DNA from: Basidiobolus meristosporus CBS 931.73
Lineage: Eukaryota; Fungi; Basidiobolomycota
Length of the DNA stretch: 64,000 nt
Direction of reading: 5' to 3'
Assembly (NCBI GenBank): GCA_002104905.1
Contig: MCFE01000142.1
Span: 62,001-126,000 of the forward strand
How positions within the stretch are numbered: the stretch's first letter is position 1; each line of letters opens with the position of its first letter. Made by a program: the position numbers and the translations under genes. The notes below the pieces were generated by a model. The model ran no database searches. It was given only the letters and a program-made list of their open reading frames with translations, and had not been told where the DNA came from. Of this stretch, positions 47,980 through 60,400 are shown in pieces.

Positions 47980-48761
47980 GTCTCACAATGGGATCCTGAT
48001 GGCTGATCAAGATTGGATCCACCTGCAAGACCAGATCATTCTTAATAGGGAAGAAATTCAAGAAGGCAACCAATTTTGGTACTCTCCACCACAGACACAG
48101 AGTATATGGCTGGCTGGGAGGTCACAAAAGTAGTTGCATGGCTATGAATGCTCTTTAGGAATATAGGTTCAAGTCAAAAAAAACTCCATGACTAAATTGT
48201 AAGATAATCGGGAAAGTCCAACTTTTCAGGCTTCAGCTAAATGAATAGATACTATACATCATGTCATATGGAGTACAGCTTTGCTGACCAATCTTACTGT
48301 CCTACAGAGGAAGTGATTAAAGTCATACTCACAAAACCATTTGCTAGAGACAAATATGAAAATCTCAGATTGCAGTGGGATAGGCTGATGTAAGTGTTTA
48401 GCTGAGCAGAAGAGTTGCAAGTGTTGTGATTGCACTGAAATACTCACCTGACTTAGCTACTTTGATATGGTGGACAAAATGCAGAGAAATCTGGCCACAT
48501 TCCTTGTCAGGATCTACTTGGAATATCTTCACCAAGCAATCAGGTACCCGGAACATAAAAAGACCCAAAGTCATCCAAGGAGTCCCAAACCTTGCGCAAA
48601 TGCTTGTGCAACCTTCCTAAGCATAACATCCATGGGGCTGGTTTGCTAAGTTCATGGAAAAGTATGAATACTACTTTTACATTCGACAAATCATGAAACG
48701 AAAGCCACCTAATCCACTTAAGCTCGTAATCACTTCCAATATCTCCAAAGCTCTTACAACA
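47980..48761 (+). mobile_element. Very old Copia family C remnant C3 (RNase H plus 3' LTR 48,413-48,761) at the edge of the repeat block
   Basis: Decayed PPT gctgagcagaag, 349-bp LTR ending ctcttacaaca; retains CpGs absent from the other copies. Confidence 0.85.
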
Positions 48762-50598
48762 TCCCGAACATTGCGAGGTGCAAACCAAGGGAAACAGGAA
48801 GATTATGCAAAGAAGATTGTGCTGTAATTGAAGAGATCCTTACTACAAGATACTCTGAAAACGGAACTTCGGTTTGATCATTCCAAATGCAATCAGAATA
48901 TAATGAATCACAAACATTCTTTTTTCAACCGGGAGAAGACTGTTTCGGCCAAGACAGCAGAAACCGGGTCAGCATAGTATCGATCCCAGGCTGGAATAAG
49001 GACGTCCTGATCTATTGTCAAGAGGAAGCGTTGCTCAAAGACCATATTGGGTGCGACTTTTACTTCTCACACAGATGGTGTATTGAAGACGAAGCCATTC
49101 TTGGTTCATGTTGGGATGGAATATGTAGTTGTATAAGTGAATCGGACTCTTGGGGAGGAATCAGGGAAGTTCTGGATCTACCACCGAGTGCAGTGCCGAG
49201 CCCCAAGTTGACCCAAATCAGTCAGATTCGCCTCAATAAGAAGCAACTGAAAGCCAGAAACCTGATTATTTTGTCCAAGGCTTTATTTGCCAGCTCAGAT
49301 CAGTTAGTTGATTAGAGAAGTTAGACCACCTCAAGTACCAAGAATTGGTAAATTCACTTGACAATGCGCAACCTACACATAGGTGTACATACCTAGCACC
49401 CTGACAAGCATGGCCGCATTGTATGACCAAATAGATGGGAGATTTACAAGCGAGACGACCGATGCAAATCCAGCGGGGTATGAGCAATGGACGACATCCG
49501 CAGGCTAGGTAATGGTCAGGAGCGAGCACAACCCCGGGTTTATACGAAGTGGCCTGAACCGGTTGGGAAAAAATGGTTGAATCTGCTCAAGTTAGATGTT
49601 GAATGTCTGGATCACATGGGAATCATGGACAAGTACAGTGGGTGGGAATACTTCCGGATGGTATTCGATAATGCCTCAGTCAAGTCTGTACGCTGCACAA
49701 TTACGCCGCCCAACTCGCCGAATTCATGAACACTCCGGAACCATTCATCACAGCGGATTAGTTGAGGGAGAGCAATTTACGGGGATCAACATACACCTGG
49801 TGTATTGCGATCCTTATCTTATCACCTAAACCATCCGGCCTTAAGGCGAATCTCCCGCCTATATCACAGCACGGTTTTAATTGGTCAGTTTTCCCGAACG
49901 GCCCTCCTGAAGCATCAAACCCTGCGACAGAAAGCTCATCTTGCTGATTACAAACAGTTTTGAGTCCGACCTACCAGGCCCCGCTAGTAGTCTTCCCAGT
50001 CGGCAGCATAACCCCAATGCCCAATCTTTACTACAAATACCCCCTCCTTGTAGGGGGGCTAATTCTGACACCAGGCAAGTGATAACTATTCTCCAGTGGT
50101 CTGCCCAAGGTGGGTGATGTTTGGAGGCATGGAATAGAGCCAGAAGCCTCCAAATCCGAAACAATTCACTGATTGGAGGTCGGGGATTTAGGGTTAGGGT
50201 ATTGTTGGACCGTGGCAGGGGGGCACAAGTGGCTCATCTGACCAAAGACAAGTCTCTTGTTTCCTGGTTCACGGCCATGTGTATTTCGACCAGTAGTATA
50301 GGTCAGGGAATTGGGCTCAATTGAGGTGATTGGATATTCGAGGATGTTTATTTGGACTAGGCAGTGTGATTCGAGGTCGATTGATATTCATGATACAATG
50401 GAGTAGAATATCTACATGAAGAGATTCGATACATGCGTAAGTGGCTGGGTACCACCTGAGGACACTTCGGAGCAATGCCCAGTTGTAGCCAGCCATTTTC
50501 AGCTGGATCAGTACACAATGGGCTCGAAGGGATTGGGCTAGGGTTCAGGCAACCTCGAGGCCAGTCGTCGAAGCGAGAAGCAATCGGGTTGAATCGGG

Positions 50599-51164
50599 TC
50601 AATCCAGAAACTGCCCGTTGAGGATCATACTCCCCATTGGAGTGTCTGGACGGTCTGGGGCACGCTTGGTGGCTTTGAGGGCTTGGATTCTGGTATTGGG
50701 GAGCAGAGTTCGATTTTCACCCATCCCCACGGACAGATTAGAGTTCGGGGCGGAATGTGGGTTCTGGCTCTGGCTCTGGTTCTGGTTCGCGGTCGGGTCG
50801 GGCCCAATTTTGCTGAATTGGGTGGAATCCAGGAACTGGTTGGGTTTCTGCGAACAATGGGAATGGAATTGGAGATTTGGTTAGCCACCTGTAAGCTCGC
50901 CCAGGTCAGGAATCAATTTGTACTTACAGGGAACGAGGAAGAGTGGGCCAGGTGAAAGTAACCCGAGGTTGGAGGGGAGTTCTGTGGCGAGATGCTTGCG
51001 CCAAATGGGGCCGATTTCTCCCCATATCCGGACATGAAGTTGGGATTTGGGTTACAAGTGATATGGGAGAATGATTGTCGGCCAAGGGAAGAGCCAACGG
51101 ATAGCGCTCTACGACGCCCGGGGATATTCAAAGGCTGAATGTCTGAAGGGTTGTTCGAGGACAT
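50599..51164 (-). CDS. Small spliced hypothetical fungal protein (intron 50,889-50,927); 3' reading frame ambiguous
   Basis: ATG 51,164 MSSNNPSDIQPLNIPGRRRALSVG; GTAAGT...TTACAG 39-nt intron; C-terminal RPDTPMGSMILNGQFLD* lies in a different frame from the spliced exon. Confidence 0.55.
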
Positions 51165-52697
51165 GGTGAGCAAATTCCCATTGCTATCAAGTAGGCAGGC
51201 AACATTTATAAAATTCCACCTGCCGTCGTTGCCGCACTAACGAATTAAACCGACCCAGGGTCATCGGGTGATTTTCACAACAAACAGGCGATCTCCACGA
51301 ATGATTTGGGCCGCACATGAGTCAGCCATCGTCCTCTCCATCATCGACCAACACATGATTCGAAATTCATTCGTTTTACCCTAAATGCACTTCAAGCTAT
51401 GTCAGCATTGACCTTTGGTTCTTCTGTGTGGCATCAACTTTATGACTGGATAGGCCCCCACTGGTCCTGTTTCAGTGATCTGGCTCAGATGATCCGATGT
51501 TAATTATAGGGCCAACTAGGTATCCTCGCCAATGAACTCACAGGATGGTCATCGACGAACCAATGCGGACACGGCTATGATGATATCTAAGATCAAGTAC
51601 ATAGGCTATCTAACCTATTTATCCAAAACCACGGCTTCTCTCTGTTCAGCAGCTTGGCCCATTTATGCTCTGTAAGTCGGATTCCATGTCCGGGAAGACC
51701 GGTGGTAATGATGCCTCACTGATACGGCCTGTAATGAACTCCCATTTCCAACTTGTCCAATCAAGCGCTCCCGCAATCGGTAGGCTGCTGAGACTTCAGA
51801 TCAACTGCTTGAACAGGCAGCTCGCAATCCGGCTGATGAGCAACCTTTGAAGTGGCCTTGTCTCTGGCACACCGGTACAAAACGGCAATGACATCCTCCC
51901 AGATTGCGGCATGGGATCCACTCACTCAGTCGCCATGGTTTAATGAGGTGTAGGGGCTTGCTTTTTGCAGACGATTTAATTAATTGGAATCTGGATTGCT
52001 TAATCTATCCACACTTCACGCTGGATGGAGTTGTCTGCCACTCGACAGTTACCCTCCAGCGAGAAGATCCCGTTATTTCTGGATTGCTCGGACGGTTACT
52101 TATGTGCAATCAATAGTGTCGAGTCGCACCATCGCAATCAAGGAATTTCCCATATATGGCAAGGGGATTTGGTCTGGCCAGTAATCCTCCATGACGTAGT
52201 TAGCCTAAGATGAATATTCCTTCACAGCACCGGTTCTAGCAAGTTTACTTGGGAGCGTGTATCCTTATCGGTGGCACAGCGAGATACAATGGTTAGATTA
52301 CATTGAGTGCTTCAAGCAACAGGAACAATATGCTAGCATATGGCACAGGAAGTGTGGCCACGTGCGATCCCGATCCAACGCACACAGAAACTCTTTGTGA
52401 AGGTCGGGCTGTGTAAATAGGAAACTTATCATAGTCTCATGAGGAGAGTACCTGGCCAATCAAGCCACTGGAATGCCGCTGAAATCAGAAGGTTTGTATT
52501 CTACGTCGGCCTTGGTATGGAGTCTACATATGGCAAGGATTGGACCTCAGTTTTGGGGTGTTTCCTCAATCCTGTTGAGATTGATTCCCACTGCCATGGC
52601 TATAAATACGCCAACTCCGCCTGCAGGAACACCATTATTAGAGCATAGTTTGACTTCAAGTAATTGCTAGTTCATCTGTACTGTTAGCCATATTAGA

Positions 52698-54512
52698 ATG
52701 GTTGCCCTTCGAGCTTCATCAACCTTGGTTGAACCAGCTTCATTTGTTGCCCACGCCCAAGTCATAAGCTACGAGCTTCGTGGAGAGAAATGCTGGTTTG
52801 CTATGTTCATTTCCCCCTTGGAGCAACCCGACTCTTTGGACGAGGGCCCCAACACAGATCCGTACATAGTGTATCGTTTATTTAGTGACTTCAAATACTT
52901 CATCAGCTACTTAACGCAGGAATGTGCGAGGTATGAACAACGGACCCCGCGGCTGACAAGTAGAAAGAGGATCCTTTCTTCCAAGACCGCTCACGCTGGA
53001 CGTGTTGTCCATGACCTAAACGAGTTCTTAACTCCGGTACTCGCCCTTCCCGCCACCATTCGCAGCTCGATCTGTTTTTCCGAGTTCTTTGGGTTATGGG
53101 AGTGTGATTTAACCGACCCACTACCTACCACCCCAATATCGGTTGACTTTAGTAAAGCCACCATCCCCACGGTCAGTACAGTGCAGGAGGCCTTTGAGGC
53201 AACCGAGTTCGAGACCGCCTCTGTGTCGACGGCCACATTTGGGCCCCTTCATCGGTCCAATACTGTAGGCCCCTGCACCACTTCTAACCGATCGGAGCCA
53301 CCTCTGAAGGTAGCGCCATGGAATGTTCGGCACATGACGGATAGAGAGAAGGCGGTATGGCGGACAAAACGGAACTCCTTGATCCGGTTCAACAGTTGCC
53401 GCTCTCATGGTAGGGGGAACGCGGTCGTCATAGCACCATTTGTTCGGGTCAAGGTGATCTTGAACTCGGACAATATCATCAACATCATGGTTGCTCGGAA
53501 CATCGCTTACGACGATCTACGGAAACGGATCTTCGAGAAATTCTGCGAGAACCCGGCGTTCAACCCGGAGGATTTTGAGTCGGTGGTGTTGGCCTACAAG
53601 CGGGAGAATAGTCTAATTATCATCGCATCGAATGATGATCTGCGCTCAGTGCTGGTCGACGAGATTAACAAGTACACAATGTATCTCCCCTCGGCGAAGC
53701 TTTTGGATGAGTTCTTTTGGATGCGGGAGGTGGCAGAGGTCCACAAATCAGCGACTGAGCAGGAAACTTCCCCGGCCGATCGAGATTCTGGGTACATCTC
53801 GTATCGCACCCTTAGCAACGAGAGTCTGCGGGAGCGCTTTCTTTACGACAGCGCACACCCGATGCATAAATCGCTCTCCCTTCAGCGGCAGAACTCCACC
53901 TCTCTAAGAAGACAGAACTCGCTGGCGGCAATTCGAAATGCCCCGTTACAAAATTCCCACTTGCGACGTCAAAAAACGCTAGCATCTCTTCATCAGAAAA
54001 CAGTGATCGCTTCGCTCCAGCATGAAGTCAACGAGGCACCCCATGGGATGACCGATAGACCGGAGACAAATGGTCGCTCGACACTCCAAGAGCCATCATC
54101 CGCTACTGTCAGCTTCCGGTTGGACTCAACTGAAAGTGCAACCCCTAGCAAAAGCGTGGTATTCAGACTCAAAGTTGCACTTGATTCGGAGAGCTGCGTA
54201 GTGATCCCAGTACAAAACACCGTGACTTGTCCTGAGCTGAAGGCGCTGATCTTCAAAGCATTTCTGCAAGCAGGGTATTCGGAAGAACGACTTGAATCAC
54301 TTCAACTCATCTACAGGACGATGGACTCCCACTTCTTGACGGTCGAAAACGAGCAGGATGTTCGCAGCCTTATATCCATAGTTCGTCTAGACGACGGCTC
54401 GCGAGGTGTCCAATCGCTTTCGCTCTATTTATTCCCCAGAGGTCTCTTCAGTTCCCTACGTCGGGGTGGGATTCTTTTAGACATTCCTTTGGACATGATT
54501 TGTGTATCATAG
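52698..54512 (+). CDS. PX domain plus two PB1-like domains, 604 aa (Bem1/p40phox-like scaffold without SH3)
   Basis: PX-like AQVISYE...IVYRLFSDF...LNEFLTPVL...FSEFF; PB1-like VKVILNSD...YDDLRKRI...YK...IASNDDL and LKVALDSE...IYR...VENEQDV. Confidence 0.85.
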   Translation: MVALRASSTLVEPASFVAHAQVISYELRGEKCWFAMFISPLEQPDSLDEGPNTDPYIVYRLFSDFKYFISYLTQECARYEQRTPRLTSRKRILSSKTAHAGRVVHDLNEFLTPVLALPATIRSSICFSEFFGLWECDLTDPLPTTPISVDFSKATIPTVSTVQEAFEATEFETASVSTATFGPLHRSNTVGPCTTSNRSEPPLKVAPWNVRHMTDREKAVWRTKRNSLIRFNSCRSHGRGNAVVIAPFVRVKVILNSDNIINIMVARNIAYDDLRKRIFEKFCENPAFNPEDFESVVLAYKRENSLIIIASNDDLRSVLVDEINKYTMYLPSAKLLDEFFWMREVAEVHKSATEQETSPADRDSGYISYRTLSNESLRERFLYDSAHPMHKSLSLQRQNSTSLRRQNSLAAIRNAPLQNSHLRRQKTLASLHQKTVIASLQHEVNEAPHGMTDRPETNGRSTLQEPSSATVSFRLDSTESATPSKSVVFRLKVALDSESCVVIPVQNTVTCPELKALIFKAFLQAGYSEERLESLQLIYRTMDSHFLTVENEQDVRSLISIVRLDDGSRGVQSLSLYLFPRGLFSSLRRGGILLDIPLDMICVS

Positions 54513-55352
54513 TTTTATTTGCTTTAGCGTCGTAATGTATAATCTCATATGTAATCTGTCTACACGAACCCGGCTTGTACATAGGGCAATATGAGCCCTT
54601 CTGAGAAGAATATCTGCACTGTCTGCCATCAACCCTTTCCGTGATAGTAAGGGGAGCCTGGAGTGATTGGAATTTGCGTAACAACGTTCGTGCCAATATA
54701 TGCATCTGTATACGGTCTCGAATAAAACAATCATATAATGCTACAAGTTAAACCCGGCCAGTTTAATCCATATGTTATCTACATACGGAGGCTGAGGCTA
54801 AGCTCGGCTAACATACGGCAAGCGTAGCTTTGATTTTGAAGAAGGCGCAGTTCCAACATGGCCACCAGGTGGCATGTGTGGGTGACTTCTGATGAACACC
54901 TTTGGAAATATTGGATTGCTGCCGGGATGCTGCGTAAGCCGCTTTAAGAGTGAAACAAGCAGGTTGGATAGATAGGTTTGCAGGTAGAATGGTACCAAAC
55001 GTCACTTACGACGAGCATAAATGGATTCCAGGTGTAACCGAGATGCCATTTTGATAGTAGCATGGCTATCGGATTCCGTAATAAATACATCAGGAGTCCT
55101 TTCTCCGACCAAACAAGACAACTCAACTGGTGCCGATGGCGTTCGTAATAGAGCACAGCTATATTCATACATGTAGGTGACACCAAAATTAGAGGCATAT
55201 CGATAAGGTGATGAAAGCAGGGTATTGAGGTGGCATTTCAAAGGGCCGCATGGTATAATGTGAAGTTGCTAAACATATGTAATGGATCAGGAAATACGGG
55301 GTGAAATATGTGTATGATCTATCAGGATAAGGGGCCTTTAGGTGCCTTGGAG

Positions 55353-56171
55353 TCAGGATCGGAACGAGGTGGTGCTGTTGGATGGAGTTGCCAGGTGCTG
55401 TTGCCCAACGGGTTGGCTTGCCAGAGAGGACGGGATCCTGTGGTTTGACTGATCTAGCAATGACCGTCGATAGTTCTCTAGCTTGGCAACCGACTTCTTG
55501 TATGCATTCATACGACGACGTCTGCGAAGGTAGATAAACAGGATGCAGCTGGCCAGCAAGGCAAAGCATCCAACTCCAATAATTATATACCCCCATGTCG
55601 GGAAATGGTTGTAGTCTATATCGCTTCCGCATATGTTCTTCCTACAGGCTCCGGAATGGCACTGTCTGTCTTCGGAGCAAGGTTCGTTATTCTCAAGGGC
55701 GCCTACACATGTTCTGGTGTTAGTGGAGCAAAATGAGCCACTTGCGCAGTTGTCTCGGTTGATCAGGTAGAGACTAACATCATCGATGATGCACGGCTGG
55801 CCAAGTTGGACATCTTTTAAGAAGCATTTCTGAGCCAAGCAAATGCCAACCTCGCCCTCGCATGAATCATCCCGGCCGAAACTACAGATATCGCCCTGCT
55901 TCACTTTCGGCATACAGCCAACTCTATTGTTAGGGCAATACTCTGTCACGCCGCACTGGGGTGGTGCGGGAAGATTGGCCGGCCACTCGTCTAGGTACTC
56001 ATCGATGCGACATCCCACAAAGGCGCATCTGTTTGTCAAATCGTCGCATGTTAATGTTACGTTGTTGCAGGGCTCTTTGGAAGACAATTCACTCGGCGTG
56101 CATTTATCACCCAGTTGATAAGCAGCCAACAACGCAAAGGCATAAGCGGCCAGAAATACAGCCCGTATCAT
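55353..56171 (-). CDS. Cysteine-rich type I membrane protein, ~272 aa
   Basis: ATG 56,171; signal peptide MIRAVFLAAYAFALLAA; about 20 Cys in the ectodomain; TM WGYIIIGVGCFALLASCILFIYL followed by RRRRR. Confidence 0.85.
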   Translation of the reverse strand: MIRAVFLAAYAFALLAAYQLGDKCTPSELSSKEPCNNVTLTCDDLTNRCAFVGCRIDEYLDEWPANLPAPPQCGVTEYCPNNRVGCMPKVKQGDICSFGRDDSCEGEVGICLAQKCFLKDVQLGQPCIIDDVSLYLINRDNCASGSFCSTNTRTCVGALENNEPCSEDRQCHSGACRKNICGSDIDYNHFPTWGYIIIGVGCFALLASCILFIYLRRRRRMNAYKKSVAKLENYRRSLLDQSNHRIPSSLASQPVGQQHLATPSNSTTSFRS

Positions 56172-56880
56172 CTTAAGCAGTGCCAACTGTTGATGGGGGT
56201 CGTGTGTTCAGTGAAAATGGACCAACTAGTGAAAATACCGCTGTCTTGAGGATGAGCTGATTTATATACTTGTTCAGGAAGGAGGTGACATCACGATTTG
56301 CCACCGAAACCCACCCAGCAATACCAAGGGTTTTCCAGTCAGGTCGTCTGGAATCCAATTCTCCATTCATTGAGGTCCAGCTAGACTGATGCACGATATC
56401 TAGAATAATACGCGATCTAGCAGAGTGGGCACTCATGATGGTTGTACGGCAGCTTCACGCCAGTGCTGGTCCATGACAATGTAGGCTGTAGCTATTAGAG
56501 TTAACCAATGAAAGGATGTGCTTGGTTGGGACTCAGTCCGGATAGGATCAAAATGGAAATGCCATATGGTGGATCAGATTTGTAGATGATTCGGAGTCAT
56601 ACACGATTGATAGACAAGCCTCTAAGATAGATACGGTGCCCCCTCATAAGCACAAATCCTTTCATTGCGTTTAGAACATTCCTTAATACCACAAACAAGT
56701 GGAACATCCCCAAGAGCACACCGCTGTCGAAATACGCGGTCCTCCTTGTAGTGGGAAAGTCTACCCCAGCTCCACGTCAGAATTAGTTAGGCTTACATAA
56801 ATGGCTCGTCAAGATGATGTCGAATTCATTTCAGCGGCCAGGTGCGGATTCTCCAGGGCAGATGATGAATTCCGTTTTAA

Positions 56881-57416
56881 TTAGTCAATATTCGGAATCC
56901 CCGATATTCTTGCTGATTCGCTAGCTGAATTCCAATTGAACTCTGGGCGTGTTTGGCTCAGCACGATCGCTCTTGATCGCAACATTGGCAATTCTGGGAT
57001 GATGTGCAAAAGCATATTACAGCACTAAATGGAGGGTAATAGGAAAACAACAACACCGAGTATCTTTGTATTTTTCCATGCCTCTGCCTAACCATCTGGT
57101 ACAACTTGGGGTTCTTAAATGGGGATGACCAACAAATGCTATTCAATCGCTCTGCTAAGGCTTGATCCCACTGTGTTATTCTGCTGAGAAAGGGTGGAAG
57201 GTAACAATCACCCCAGTGCAAATTCCCTATTGCAGTAGACTGTGCTACCGAGATATCCAAAGATCCAGCTCCATCTTTTCTTCTTGGTAGGACATTTGCC
57301 AGAATAAAATGTCTATTGTGCATCGGTTGCTTGTACTCAGGCTCAGGTATATTTGGATAAATAGGTCTCCTGCGAATATTATACATTCCACGCCATTGGC
57401 CTGAAGTGCTGGTCAA
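56881..57416 (-). other. Possible coding region or pseudogene of unknown product
   Basis: 152-codon ORF without an ATG start, plus a plausible downstream exon after 'tttag'; no recognisable domain. Confidence 0.3.
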
Positions 57417-60400
57417 AGTTCCCAGTATCTTCTGATTATGTAAACTCGCTTGGTCATTTTACTTTCTGACGACGGTCGTCTGGTTTTATTCGTTAGCCAT
57501 CATGTAAGTGGGCTAGCCAGTCGCAAGCTTAGCCACTTTGGGGTGATGACTCCCATGAGAATCCTGTGGGGGGGGCGATGTTCAAGGAGAGATTTTGCGC
57601 TTCCCATGTATTTTTCGGCTGGTAGTACGGTGTTGCTAGAAATCCAAATAGATATTCGCCAGCCAATGGCTGCTAGGCGACCTATCCACCACCTCAGTTT
57701 CCAAAATTTGGTGATCAGTTGGAAACACTGCTAATGATAAGCCATCCAAAATGCACCGTGGTTGGCTGCATTTGACCCAAGGAGGCATACACAGATTCAT
57801 GCCGAATTCCGAACTAAAATAAGCAAGTTCTGCATAGAGTTCACAGGATTTGAATTTCTGGCCTGGAAGAACCCATCCACCCTATTCTCAAACCTAGCCA
57901 ATGGATGCTTCTCAACTGTCTCATGCATTTAGGATCTAATGGTGGCCAGGTTTGAAAGGGGATGGCTCGCTCCTCGGTTGAGTGTTGGTCGCAACGAGAC
58001 CGGGATGGTGGTGGCTATTCTCTCCTAAAAGCAGATTTGGTTGCATCATTTCTATTGATACACACCCGGCAGACCCCAAGTGCCGATATCGAGTGCTGTA
58101 ATGCAATGGAATATGGCCGCAGTATAAAAGCTGCCCAAGAGCTCTTTTCGGGCAAATGGTGACAGGTTGCTGTGGCATTGTGGCTCGACTAGTCTTATTT
58201 TAACAACACAGTCTGTCACTGTGCCAATTGACGCTTGAGAATATAAAAGCTCTATATCTACTAGCCCTTTGAGTCTGAGAATCCGGCATTCTGTGCCATG
58301 TAACCTCCACTCACGATCGATAATGGTATTTCGGGATCATTGGGAGTGTTTCATAGGGCTCGGCTTATGTGGGTGATCCGTGTTCACATTGAAGCTGGTT
58401 TACTGCCCATGCAAGGTCACTTCGAAAATGTTGGAAATATATGTATCGTTTTTAAGGAAACCACATGTATTGCAGCCATATATACTCTGTGGAGCTGGTT
58501 CACGCACCAACGAAAGGTAAACTAGTCTGCTGGGTTCAGACAAACACCCCAAAGGTTTGAAATCTCCGGCAGTTACACATGAAGGCGGTGGCCTCTTGGA
58601 TATCATGATGGCGAATCTCGCCATACATGAAGGATCTGTAATTGCGATGCCGTTTCGAAACATTAGTCTGCAGCCATTAAACCCGCGTTTGCTGAACTGG
58701 CCCAGTCGTCGAAATCCAGAGACGGAATGAGTGCATGGGTATAGCTGCATTTTAGCGCATAAATGAAGCCAATGGCAGTTGGTGGGTATCTACCAATAGT
58801 TGTGATGGCTGGCCACTAATCTGTTTCGATTCGGCTCCGTTTGCAAAGGTGTTCTCTGGATCAGCCAAGGATCAAAGACCCACAACAGTCACCGATCTGT
58901 GCTCTTTCTTGGAGACACGTGAAGAATAGCCATGGTTCCGTTGGATTCTGGGTTGGTGCTATATCAAGCCAATAAAAGGAGTCCATGGTGAGTGCCCTAG
59001 TTTGGGATTCCTGAAACACGCTAATTACCATGTAAGATAGTCAAAGCTCGTGTTCTGTAAGTTCATACAGAACAGGCGTTATTTCATGCTGATTCAGAGA
59101 GCCAAAGATCATTCCTGAAGTACATAGCTGCTCTTCTATATTCCGGCCTGGGTGGAGCCTAGTAGCAAGTCCTCATGCTTTTCGAATATACTTGTCAGAT
59201 CTACTTCTGGTAAGCCACTCCTCAGTACACCTGCCGCCACAACTTGCTTTCAGCTTCACTGTTGAGGTGCGCGTCCACAAGGCATAAAACGAAGCCCAAT
59301 TCATACAGTGAGTGATAGCCTCGTCAATCTACCGCCTGCCACGAATGGGGCGGGGCAATGTTGTGTATCTCAATAATAGTTTGGCATTTCGTGAATGCAG
59401 CTGGATATTAACACGGTCAAACATTCTCATAGAGCCACCTAAAGCAAATGCGAGCCATTTTTCAGATTAGGATCTTCCATACTTGTTTCGATTTGCATTA
59501 CATTACATGAATGGCCCCCTCGGATCCTGGGCCTCTGTTCTGGGATTTCTCATACGACATATACGGTGGCAAGCACGCGACCACCAGACACCACAGCCAG
59601 ATCGAGCTAAGCCACCAAAGGCCTGAGGAAAGAAACACGAATAATTTTCTTCAGAGAATCGCATCACGGACCGGATGCTTCCCATCCTCGCTACATGCAA
59701 TCTTTGCAACCATCTGCATCAGCAATCAGGATCAAGTTGGTTGTTATCCATGGGATACCAATTTTCGTGATGGGGATCGAAGGATTTAGCTGGAGAGCCG
59801 GAAAATCTGCCAAGTAGAATGGCAGGCTGGCGAGGATGCCTTCCGGTTTGACTGATTATGAATCCGATGACTAACAAGGGCGCTCGTAAGGCGAGACTGC
59901 TCTAAACAAGTCACTATTATTAAACAAGGTTTGCAGGCACTCGATCGCTTTTGGGGAATTCTTGCAGCACATAGTCCTTTGCCATGTACGTGTTCAACTG
60001 ATGGATCCAAACATCGGCGCAGCAGACGGGAAGTTCTCATCCTCGCGCTTAGGTTCCCTTTGGCTGGGATGGGTGCATGTCAGGCCTCCGCTCCCAGCCT
60101 ATACATTCGCATCGTAGGTGAAGAGCGGGTATAGGGGCCTTTACGCAAAGAATGGCCGAGAATCTGCTGGGGGCTCCTTGTATCCGTGGATCTTGAGCAG
60201 TCGATCTCAGCAAATGGCGAGGCTTCGAGCCTTGGCTACCATGACACTCGTAATCTGATTGGATGCCGGTGACTTCACGAGTGGATTGTCTTTTGATAGC
60301 AACATTTGGGAAATCCATGATGTGGAATCGATTTCAATTAGACCAAGGTTGATGAAACCATTACCATTTCCGCTATTTCTGGCCAATATCAGCAGCAAAC

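Noticed and set aside
48887-49829. Short + strand ORFs as genes
   Set aside because: No recognisable domain. Splice-like signals point to the minus strand, where the frames contain stops.
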